From a bacterium (GTDB lineage: Bacteria; SZUA-182; DTGQ01; JAFGSM01), in assembly GCA_049472335.1 (NCBI GenBank), contig JBLIRO010000001.1, positions 87,015-151,014 on the forward strand: a stretch of 64,000 nucleotides of DNA. Reading direction: 5' to 3'. Shown in pieces: positions 17,109 to 25,875 of this stretch (positions within the stretch are counted from its first letter, which is position 1; the number at the start of each line of letters is the position of its first letter). The position numbers and the translations under genes are program-made. The notes under the pieces are model-generated. The model was given only the letters and a program-made list of their open reading frames with translations. It was not told where the DNA came from and did not search any database.

Positions 17109-19625
17109 ATGAGAACCTTCACTCAATTGTTATTTCCTTCCAAAAAGGCCAGCAATTCTAATGTGTCCTGTCCTGGCCTAATTCTTACATTTATGTTAAT
17201 CATCATTATTGCCATATCCTTTTTCGCCCCATCTCATGCCCAGCAGATCATATTTAATATTAAAGATGATTATGTCTTTTATCCATTAATCTTCATGAAT
17301 TATAGCAATCCTTCCGATTATCTGATTAATTTAAATTATAATTACCGGATCCCTCCTTATGCACAGAATATATATAATTTCCCCGTTTTTTATCCCTTTA
17401 GATATCTTGTTCCTGAATCCCTATTTTTTGGTAATTCATGGGGCGCTTACCATCGGACGCTCTTTCTGCAACCTATTATTTATAGTAATTTTGAACACCC
17501 ATTGGAATACTCATGGTTTCTTCCCTTTATGCAATACACAAGTGATGAAGAAGATTTAAAATCAGGTATTGAGCAATTTGTAGAAAACTATAAACTTATT
17601 CTCCAAGAAGCAGCAGATCTAACTCCTCAGGAGCTTGTTCAGAAGTTTCCTGAGGGAAGCTGTTTAACGGACCTTGGTTATAATGTTTCAGAAACCAATT
17701 TTTACGATCTGGTTAAGGAAGAAACGGGGCTGACACTCAATGAGGAAGAAAAAATCAATGAAAACGGCTTTGTCGTTAGTCAGCGAGTAAATTATCAGTC
17801 TTTTGGATATGCATATCTGGACCTCTTTTATAAGGACCTGCCCGTCTTTATATCAACAGATTCAATCCTTCAAGCGCTTCATAAATCCTACGATCTAATC
17901 CTGGCAGACATAGAAGAACAAGTCCTTATGGAGAAACTGGAGCAAATCCTTTCTCAGGCACAGGCCGCTCTTCCCCAAATTATTACGGACAACTCCGGAA
18001 TCATGGCAGATGCCTATCACGACCTGAATGTGTTTTACACTGTGGCAAGAAAGTTACTGGGCAGATATACCTCTTTTTTACCCTTTTCGGAAGACCAGGA
18101 GGTTCAGGCCTTTCTTAGCCATATAAACCAACAATCTTTTGAATGGGTCGATATATTCGGTGAAACAAGAAAGATCGATTTCAGCCAGTTTCAGCCTAGG
18201 GGCCATTATACAAGGTCTGAAGAGTTTAGGAACTATTTCAGGGCCATGATTTGGCTTGGCAGGATTGATTTTCGGGTAGAATATCCAAGGCAACTTCTGG
18301 ATGCCTGGTTGGTATGGAGGAGTGTGGAAGAAGGCGGAGTTCGTGCTGAATGGGATGGCATGGATAAGATAATCGAACTCATGGTTGGAAAGCCGGATGC
18401 AATGAACCTGAGAGGGATTGCCATGCTCATGGAAGAGGCTGGCGTCAAAGGGCCCGAAGATTTGCTGGATGAAAACATCCAAGACAGGATTTTTTCCCTA
18501 ATGGACGAGAAGGGATATGGCGAGCAAAGGATATGTTCTCATTATTTAGAAAGCGATCCCTTGAATCCCAATGTGGTTGAGATGCCTAAATCTTTTACTT
18601 TTATGGGTCAAAGGTTTACTGTGGACAGCCATGTATTTTCCAATGTGGTTTTTGACAGAATAGTTGTGGATGGTAGAAAAGTTAAAAGGATGCTGCCCGA
18701 TCCGCTGGATGCCATGTTTGTACTGGGTAATAACAGGGCACTTCACCATCTTCAGGGTGAACTGGACAACTGGCAATATCAGGGGAATCTCTATATCTTA
18801 CGTTATTTACTGGACCAATATGAAAGTGAATTTTGGGAATCGAATATGTATAATTGCTGGCTCGACTCACTTCGGAGCCTATCGGGGCCATTTGAAGACC
18901 AAGGGATTCCAATGGCCTTACTCACTCCTGCTTACAGGGACAAACTTCTTCACACGCAACTTGCTTCCTGGGCGGAACTTCGGCATGACACGATCCTTTA
19001 TGTCAAGCAATCATATACATTCTATCCATCTTGTGATTACCCGGATGGATATATTGAACCGGTGCCCATTTTTTACAAAAAGCTCAAAGGTCTTGCTAAA
19101 AAAGCAAAGGATATCTTCGATAATACAATTATACCCGACCGATTCAAATGGAGATATACCTCCCACTTCGAAGGATTTGCCAATACCATGGAAATGCTGG
19201 AGATAATTGCACAAAAACAGATCGATGGTCAGCCAAGAACGGAAGAGGAAACACAATTCATCAAAGATACAATCATTGAGAAAGATCATGATGTTATATG
19301 TGCTGTAATAACCGTTCATGATGGATGGTATCCCAGGCTTTTCTTTAGGAATCATGAGGCTTGCATAAAGCCTGACTTCATAGTTGCTGATGTTCACACA
19401 AATCCGAAAGATGAGCAAGTACTCCATGTGGGAGTGGGAAAGGTTAATGTCATCTTTTTTATTGCCGAGACCTGTAATGGTCCCTCACTATATGTAGGAC
19501 CGGTATTCTCCTATTATGAGCGGATCGAAGGGGGAATGAACAGACTAGATGATTCTGAATGGGCTGATTTGGTAAATGATGATGATCTTACGGCGCCAGG
19601 CTGGACAAATAGTTTTATATTATGA
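17109..19625 (+). CDS. Large secreted protein, DUF3160-like
   Basis: 838 aa with an N-terminal hydrophobic segment. DLPVFISTDSILQALH and FQPRGHYT motifs match my recollection of DUF3160. GGGGGA lies upstream of the ATG. Confidence 0.55.
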   Translation: MRTFTQLLFPSKKASNSNVSCPGLILTFMLIIIIAISFFAPSHAQQIIFNIKDDYVFYPLIFMNYSNPSDYLINLNYNYRIPPYAQNIYNFPVFYPFRYLVPESLFFGNSWGAYHRTLFLQPIIYSNFEHPLEYSWFLPFMQYTSDEEDLKSGIEQFVENYKLILQEAADLTPQELVQKFPEGSCLTDLGYNVSETNFYDLVKEETGLTLNEEEKINENGFVVSQRVNYQSFGYAYLDLFYKDLPVFISTDSILQALHKSYDLILADIEEQVLMEKLEQILSQAQAALPQIITDNSGIMADAYHDLNVFYTVARKLLGRYTSFLPFSEDQEVQAFLSHINQQSFEWVDIFGETRKIDFSQFQPRGHYTRSEEFRNYFRAMIWLGRIDFRVEYPRQLLDAWLVWRSVEEGGVRAEWDGMDKIIELMVGKPDAMNLRGIAMLMEEAGVKGPEDLLDENIQDRIFSLMDEKGYGEQRICSHYLESDPLNPNVVEMPKSFTFMGQRFTVDSHVFSNVVFDRIVVDGRKVKRMLPDPLDAMFVLGNNRALHHLQGELDNWQYQGNLYILRYLLDQYESEFWESNMYNCWLDSLRSLSGPFEDQGIPMALLTPAYRDKLLHTQLASWAELRHDTILYVKQSYTFYPSCDYPDGYIEPVPIFYKKLKGLAKKAKDIFDNTIIPDRFKWRYTSHFEGFANTMEMLEIIAQKQIDGQPRTEEETQFIKDTIIEKDHDVICAVITVHDGWYPRLFFRNHEACIKPDFIVADVHTNPKDEQVLHVGVGKVNVIFFIAETCNGPSLYVGPVFSYYERIEGGMNRLDDSEWADLVNDDDLTAPGWTNSFIL

Positions 19626-19657
19626 TTTATCCCTTTTTCAGCAGGTGGTGATATACT

Positions 19658-20161
19658 ATTAAACAAAAGGTCCTTCTTACCGGTCCGCCTCGATGCGGCA
19701 AATCAACCCTCATCCGGAAAATTATCCAAAGAATAGGGAAACCTATGACCGGTTTTTTCACCTCCGAGATAAGAGAAAAGGGACAGAGGGTGGGATTTTC
19801 CATAGAAACACTCCATGGGAAAAAAGGCATCCTTGCACATATCAACAATAAAGGCCCGATTAAAGTAGGAAGATATGGGGTAAATATTGAAGATATCAAT
19901 AGGATTGCCGTACCTTCCATGGTGTGTTCAAGGCCTTACGAGATTGTTGTGATCGACGAGATAGGAAAAATGGAATGTCTGTCCCGGCTCTTTAAAAAAA
20001 CGCTTCTGGATGTCCTTGACTCAGACAATCCGGTTATCGGTTCTATTGCCCTTAAAGGCGGTCCTTTCATTCAGAAGATAAAGGAAAGGACCGACGTAGA
20101 GCTAATCCAGGTATCCGAAAAAAACAGAAACACACTGCCTGATCTGTTTTTATCAGAGTAA
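19658..20161 (+). CDS. THEP1-type nucleoside-triphosphatase (COG1618-like), apparent ATT start
   Basis: The first ATG (19745) lies after the P-loop. The frame is open from 19652 and encodes (I)KQKVLLTGPPRCGKSTLIRKIIQRIGKP upstream of it, then VVIDEIGKME (Walker B). AGGTGGTG lies 7 nt before ATT 19658. Confidence 0.6.
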   Translation: MKQKVLLTGPPRCGKSTLIRKIIQRIGKPMTGFFTSEIREKGQRVGFSIETLHGKKGILAHINNKGPIKVGRYGVNIEDINRIAVPSMVCSRPYEIVVIDEIGKMECLSRLFKKTLLDVLDSDNPVIGSIALKGGPFIQKIKERTDVELIQVSEKNRNTLPDLFLSE

Positions 20162-20258
20162 ATTAAGGAATTGGAATTAAGGAATTTACTTAATTAAGGG
20201 GACACAATACTTTACTTAATTAAGGGGACATTAATTAAGGGGACACAATACTTAATTG
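20161..20258. repeat. Cluster of short direct repeats (AATTAAGGAAT x2, TTAATTAAGGGGACA x3)
   Basis: TTAATTAAGGGGACA occurs at 20190-20204, 20216-20230 and 20231-20245. The cluster lies directly after the NTPase stop, at the left edge of the AT-rich block. Confidence 0.7.
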
Positions 20259-20658
20259 CTCCTTTATAAACTGGATATTTGAGAGCTAAATGCTTAAATA
20301 ATGCCCCCTAAAAGCTTCGAGCCATATTATTCAGATTATTTTTTTCTAGATTATCTGTTTTTATAATCTGCTGAAAATTTTTTTGGGAAGACGAAGGAAT
20401 AGTATTCTTAAAAATAAAAGATTGACTTTCTTAAGGCACTCGATCATTTAATATGTTTTACCCTTAAACACTCTTAAATACAATTAGTTAAATATGATGC
20501 AACTTTTGATTTAATATAACCTGTATACTATCATCTTACTTAGTTAATGGGTGGTAAATATTACTAATACCCAGGTGAAAAATACCAAACTTTTTGTTAA
20601 TAATCAGATGAGAGTCTATTATTTTCATGATAGTTAAAGACATCGAATGACTAAAATA

Positions 20659-21324
20659 TCATTTCAATTTCAAGAAAAGAAAGGCAGCCCGGTAAATAGC
20701 ATTTTCCATAGAAATACTAAGTCTTCGATAACGGAGCAGGAATAGAATTGAAGTTGTAAGTGATATGATAACGAATATGCTATTGTGATACTGTTTTTGA
20801 TAAGAAAAAAATATGGACAAAACCAGACAGGCAACCACCATATTCCTGGCGAAAAGGGACATGGTATAGAGACGGTTTATATATTCTTTTCCAGATGGAC
20901 TATGATCCAATACTAATTGGCGAGACAACTCCAGTATTTGGCGATCCTCCCCAGTATAATCTAATACATCTTGAAAATAAACCTTAATTCCCTCTTTCAA
21001 AGATTTGATTTCGTCTGAAAATCTCTTGTGATTTTTATGCCCTCTTTTAGGCTTATTACTAATGACTGTTTCATTGAAAAGCCCTTGCTTTTGCTTACCT
21101 CTAAAGCAATCAAAACCCTTTGGAATTAAGGATGAAACCAACGTTAATAAATGTCCGATTAGATAGCTTAGAATAAAGATCATGATATACTTATCAATCT
21201 CGGACATCTGCCATTTTGTAATGAGTGAGAAATCATTCAAGAGAAAGCACATAATAATCAAAGCACCTGGGAAAAGATAGGTGAAAAAATCAAGGAGACT
21301 TAAAGAAAAGTCAGTATTTATCAT
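20659..21324 (-). CDS. Membrane protein of unknown function (4 hydrophobic helices), last gene of the kinase operon
   Basis: 221 aa. FFTYLFPGALIIMCFLL, IMIFILSYLIGHLLTLVSSLI, MVVACLVLSIFF and IFVIISLTTSILFLL flank a basic soluble loop. The start is 11 nt after the regulator stop. Confidence 0.55.
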   Translation of the reverse strand: MINTDFSLSLLDFFTYLFPGALIIMCFLLNDFSLITKWQMSEIDKYIMIFILSYLIGHLLTLVSSLIPKGFDCFRGKQKQGLFNETVISNKPKRGHKNHKRFSDEIKSLKEGIKVYFQDVLDYTGEDRQILELSRQLVLDHSPSGKEYINRLYTMSLFARNMVVACLVLSIFFSYQKQYHNSIFVIISLTTSILFLLRYRRLSISMENAIYRAAFLFLKLK

Positions 21325-21335
21325 ATTTTCAGCCC

Positions 21336-22718
21336 TTAGCCATTAATGAGATTATATTTCTTTACCAATTTACTAAAATTTGCCTTATCCATCTTTGCCT
21401 TTGCTGCTGCCTCAGTCTGTGTGGCTGATGTACTCAATAAATATTTTAGATATTTTATCTCGAATTCCTCTTTTGCATCCTTAAGAGACAGGTAAAAAAG
21501 ATCGTCAAAATCTATCTTACCTAAATTAAGACTGGATGCCTCAATCTTTAAATCAGATGCATCCAACTCCTCTTTATCCTTATTAAGATCCACAGACAAT
21601 CTGACTATATTCTTTAATTCTCTGATATTCCCTGGATAATTATAATTTGAAAGCTTTTTGAGGGACTTTTTTGAAAAATCCTTTTTAGGTATACCCCTTT
21701 TATTGCAATATTCATCGAGAAAATGTTTGGCTAAGAGAGCAATATCATCCATCCCTCTTTTTCGCAATGGTGGGAGATATATCTTTATCCCCTTTAGACG
21801 AAAATACAAATCTTGTCTGAAACGGTTTTCTCTAATTAATTCTTCTATATTTTGATTTGTTGCTGAAACAATTCTCGTATCTATTGCAATATCCCTACCC
21901 CCAATACTTCTTATTCTTCCAGTTTCCAAGGCCCTTAAAAGTTTAGCCTGAAAATTATATTCCATTTCGCCAATCTCATCTAAGAACAATGTACCTTCAT
22001 TAGCCTCTTCAAAACAACCTATCTTTCGAATATTTGCCCCAGTAAAAGCGCCTTTTTCATGCCCAAAAAGTTCCGATTCTAATAATTCTCCAGGAATTGC
22101 AGCACAATTTATTGCAACAAATTTACCTTTCCTATGGCTTTCATTATGTATAGCCCTTGCAATCAATTCCTTTCCAGTGCCTGTCTCACCTTCAATAAGG
22201 ACGGCTATATCAGAGTCTGCGATCTTATCCATAGTCTCTATTACATTATATATATCTTTTCCCCTTCCAATAATATTTTTATACCTTTCCCTTTGCTTAT
22301 AATCGATATTTTCTCTCTTAAGCTCAAGATAATCAGATATCTTTTTTAATTTATCTCTCAGAAGTTCCAATTTAAGCGGTTTGGTGAGATAATCATAAGC
22401 CCCTAATTTTATTGATTTAACTACCAATTCAACGTCATCATGGGCGGTAAGGACTATTACTTCAATATAAGAAAAATTTTCTTTTGTATATTCTAGAAGG
22501 TTAAAGGCATTGGATTCTTCAGGGATTTCTCCAAGCCTGGCAGGGATGAAAAGGTCAAGTATTATAACATCAATATGCTCTTTACCAGCCTTTAATGCTG
22601 CTAAGGCCATATCCCTGTCCTTTGCTGTTATTACATAATGTTTATCATTTTCTAATAACTCTTCTAAAAGTTCACGGGCATCCTTTTGATCTTCAACTAT
22701 TAATATTCCCAGACTCAT
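21336..22718 (-). CDS. Sigma54-dependent response regulator (NtrC family: REC - AAA+ - HTH)
   Basis: ILIVEDQKDARELL…VIILDLFIP (REC), GETGTGKELIARAIH (Walker A), ESELFGHEKGAFTGA (GAFTGA loop), and a C-terminal helix-turn-helix-like tail. Confidence 0.85.
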   Translation of the reverse strand: MSLGILIVEDQKDARELLEELLENDKHYVITAKDRDMALAALKAGKEHIDVIILDLFIPARLGEIPEESNAFNLLEYTKENFSYIEVIVLTAHDDVELVVKSIKLGAYDYLTKPLKLELLRDKLKKISDYLELKRENIDYKQRERYKNIIGRGKDIYNVIETMDKIADSDIAVLIEGETGTGKELIARAIHNESHRKGKFVAINCAAIPGELLESELFGHEKGAFTGANIRKIGCFEEANEGTLFLDEIGEMEYNFQAKLLRALETGRIRSIGGRDIAIDTRIVSATNQNIEELIRENRFRQDLYFRLKGIKIYLPPLRKRGMDDIALLAKHFLDEYCNKRGIPKKDFSKKSLKKLSNYNYPGNIRELKNIVRLSVDLNKDKEELDASDLKIEASSLNLGKIDFDDLFYLSLKDAKEEFEIKYLKYLLSTSATQTEAAAKAKMDKANFSKLVKKYNLING

Positions 22719-22780
22719 TGTTTTGTTTTTCCTTCTTATTTCTCTTTTATACCCTTTTTAATATCTTGAAGGTATTATAA

Positions 22781-24241
22781 CTACTTTATATAAAGATAAG
22801 AATTATCTCGTATTTCAATTTGTTTATTCTCTTTTAACTTAAGCTCCAGCTTTCGATAGTATTTAATTGTATTATAGATTTTATCACTTTCCTCTTCGGT
22901 TAATCTCCGGTCCCTAAGGATTGTATATAAAAAATCCATTGTATTCTCTACTTTGTTGAGCCTCCACTGATCCATCATATCTATATCACTCTCAAGATAA
23001 ATATGATCCAAACAAAAATTTAAATTCATATTGCTGATATTTGTTAATTCCTTATATAAAATTGGTATCTTTTTCGAATACATCTTTGAATAGTTACACC
23101 AATCACGTACCTGAACCTTATAATTTCTTAAAATGTCCTTTTTCTTTTCATAATTTTCTTGACTATTGATCTTTTTTATGATTTTTTCAAAATCGTTCAA
23201 GGTATGTGAATAAACAAAAGGATAATATCCTTTTAAAGATGAAACCTCATAATGTGGAATGGATGTCGGTTTTTCTGTAAATTGTTTATCAGGATCAAAA
23301 TCCACAATTATTATGCCTTCTTCTCCATCAGGGATACAAACAGTGCCAAGATTATCATTGTCATATAGAATTGGATAAAGTTGATTTTTTGTTACCGGAT
23401 CAAAATGACAAAAAATCCTTGTTCCCCCTTTTGGGGAGGTATTTACAAATATAACAGGTTTTTTTTCTCTTTTTAAACAAAATTTGGCGTCATCCTCAAA
23501 ATCTTCTTTTTCTAATGTAAAAGCAGGAACAATAATAAAACTATAATCTTCTTTTTGATCCTTAACAAATCGATTTAAGATTGTATATCTATGCTTGTTT
23601 GTAAAATCTATACACAAAAATATTGGTGCTTTTAAGGATATTTCTGACATTTCTGTGCAGTTTGTTGAACCTAAGCTAAATTTTATGATCCTCCATATTT
23701 CACCTTTTTTGATATTAAGGTCTAATTTACTTGGATTAATCTTTTCTATATGTTCTATTTCCCCGTTTAAATGAATGATCGGACATATATTCTTTTCTAA
23801 TGAGTTTTTATCAATCTGCTTGAGAAAGATATCCTGATAGATGCTGAGATTTTCCGGAATGACAATGTGGCTTCCGGCTATTATATTGATTCTATATTTC
23901 ACAGAAAGTTTTTTTATATCAACCAAACATTCTGCCGGAATTGAATACTCAGGGAAGATAATGAAATCAACCCTCTTTTCTGCACAGAATTTAATTATCC
24001 TGTATAGTTTTTTTCTTAATAATTCTATATAACTTGTCTTAATACATTTTGTATTTTCGCAGTCCACATTGATAAACTTATCTATTTCCTCGCTCAATCT
24101 CATATCAGTAACATATAAAAAGGCAATGCCATTAGACTGTTTTTCATTAAAGGTTATAATAGGTTCTTTTAAGAGATTAGTGGATCCTGAAAATAAAGCA
24201 GGATTACAATCTATCTGGACAGCAGCCACCTTGATAAACAT
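22781..24241 (-). CDS. Nitrilase-superfamily (CN-hydrolase-like) domain fused to an uncharacterised helical C-terminal domain
   Basis: KVAAVQIDCNP, VDFIIFPEYSIP (Glu), EHIEKINPSK (Lys candidate) and APIFLCIDFTNKH (Cys candidate) occur in the order expected for the E-K-C triad. About 170 C-terminal residues carry no motif I recognise. Confidence 0.55.
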   Translation of the reverse strand: MFIKVAAVQIDCNPALFSGSTNLLKEPIITFNEKQSNGIAFLYVTDMRLSEEIDKFINVDCENTKCIKTSYIELLRKKLYRIIKFCAEKRVDFIIFPEYSIPAECLVDIKKLSVKYRINIIAGSHIVIPENLSIYQDIFLKQIDKNSLEKNICPIIHLNGEIEHIEKINPSKLDLNIKKGEIWRIIKFSLGSTNCTEMSEISLKAPIFLCIDFTNKHRYTILNRFVKDQKEDYSFIIVPAFTLEKEDFEDDAKFCLKREKKPVIFVNTSPKGGTRIFCHFDPVTKNQLYPILYDNDNLGTVCIPDGEEGIIIVDFDPDKQFTEKPTSIPHYEVSSLKGYYPFVYSHTLNDFEKIIKKINSQENYEKKKDILRNYKVQVRDWCNYSKMYSKKIPILYKELTNISNMNLNFCLDHIYLESDIDMMDQWRLNKVENTMDFLYTILRDRRLTEEESDKIYNTIKYYRKLELKLKENKQIEIRDNSYLYIK

Positions 24242-24246
24242 TTATT

Positions 24247-25872
24247 TTATCCCTTTATTATGATGGGCAATTCTAATCTGAATGTCGTGCCTGTACTTTC
24301 CCTGTCTTCAAAGATATATATATTGCCTTCATGCCCTCCAATAAAATTTTTACTTAAAAACAGGGCAATTCCGCTCCCTATCTGCTCAGATTTTGTGCTA
24401 AAGATGGCATTGAATATTTTATCTTTCCACTCCTTTTTAATCCCACACCCATTATCCTCAAAGGATAGTCTTATCATTTTTTTCTCATCCGTAATAATTT
24501 CTCTAGTAATATTTAAATAACCACCCTTTTTATTTTCTATTGCATCCAGGGCATTAGAGATAAGACTTTCAATAACAAACATTATCTGACGGGGCTTGCA
24601 ATGAAGCATTACATCTAAATCCTTCGGAGCCGGCCATTTAATCCTATCTTCTTCTCTAAAAATATTCCTAATTTGACTAAATATCTCTACTAGATTCATC
24701 TCCTGCATCTTGTCTTTATAGTCTAATAGGACCTCATTTACCATTTTCTCTACCAATTGAGAGTTTCTGTGTATTTTCCCTAAATTCTCACGCACATGGG
24801 GCTGATCATCAATTCTTTCTAATGAAGCATTTACGGCTAAATTAATATTATGGAGTGGGGTTTTTATTTGATGGGTTATACTGTTAAAAAATCCTATATA
24901 ATCTTCATGCTCTCTTTTTTGACATTCAATAATCCTATTGGCATTTCTCTGATTATGCAATGCAATAGCCGCAGCATTACCATATTCTTGCAAGACATCT
25001 ATATCAAATTGTGTGAATTTATTTACTTTATTGCTTTCAATCTCAAGAATACCATAAACATTTTCTAAGACTATCAAAGGAACTGCCAGAAGTGATTTTG
25101 AATCTTTACCTAACGGATCTACCAAAAAACCTGTTTCATCTTTATTATCAACTATATTACTTATTAATAAAGGCCTTTTAGTCTCAAGTGTCCTCTTTAT
25201 AAATCCTTCATTCCCTGTTAAATTTTCTTCAAATGATTCCAGATTTTTTATCCTTACCTTATTTATTGTAATTCTTATAATCTTGAGTCCTTGGGTCTCA
25301 ATAATAGCAAGAAGATATTCTTCTGGATTGAATATTATATCAACGGCATCAGTAATTCGGTTAAAAATTGTCTCAATATCCAGGGTAGTTAAAACATACT
25401 GCATGGTCGCCCTGATCTTTTTCTCGATAACCCCCCTTTTAATAGTTTCAAATAATCTTTTAAAGACAACTTTTACTGATTCACTAACATCGTCAGATTT
25501 AGCTTCATCCTTACCCATACCAATAGGTTTGGTAAAATAATAGTACGCCCCCTTTTCCATACACAAGACAGCATTCTCAATTGTTCCAAAACCGGTCAGC
25601 ATAATAAAGCATAAATAGGGGTCACGAGCAAGGGCATCCTCGAGTACCTTATCTCCCCATATCCCTGGCATTACTAAATCACAAATTACAGCATCATAAG
25701 GTTTTTTTTCTTGTATCCCCCTTTTAATTTTCTCCAATCCTTCTTCACCGTTAAAGGCATAATCTGCCTTAAAATTATATGATTTATTTAATTCCAATTT
25801 TTCAGCTATTCCTAGAGATGTGCCTTCCTCATCATCTATGACTAAGATATTTATCCTTTTCCCTTCCACCAT
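24247..25872 (-). CDS. Hybrid REC - GAF - histidine kinase
   Basis: ILVIDDEEGT…VICDLVMPG (REC), ITHQIKTPLHNI (H-box), EDNGCGI and GSGIALFLS (HATPase_c). Confidence 0.8.
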   Translation of the reverse strand: MVEGKRINILVIDDEEGTSLGIAEKLELNKSYNFKADYAFNGEEGLEKIKRGIQEKKPYDAVICDLVMPGIWGDKVLEDALARDPYLCFIMLTGFGTIENAVLCMEKGAYYYFTKPIGMGKDEAKSDDVSESVKVVFKRLFETIKRGVIEKKIRATMQYVLTTLDIETIFNRITDAVDIIFNPEEYLLAIIETQGLKIIRITINKVRIKNLESFEENLTGNEGFIKRTLETKRPLLISNIVDNKDETGFLVDPLGKDSKSLLAVPLIVLENVYGILEIESNKVNKFTQFDIDVLQEYGNAAAIALHNQRNANRIIECQKREHEDYIGFFNSITHQIKTPLHNINLAVNASLERIDDQPHVRENLGKIHRNSQLVEKMVNEVLLDYKDKMQEMNLVEIFSQIRNIFREEDRIKWPAPKDLDVMLHCKPRQIMFVIESLISNALDAIENKKGGYLNITREIITDEKKMIRLSFEDNGCGIKKEWKDKIFNAIFSTKSEQIGSGIALFLSKNFIGGHEGNIYIFEDRESTGTTFRLELPIIIKG

Positions 25873-25875
25873 TTG

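Noticed and set aside
19627-19920. 97-aa minus-strand ORF
   Set aside because: It overlaps the NTPase gene, whose P-loop and Walker B are on the plus strand, and it has no recognisable features.
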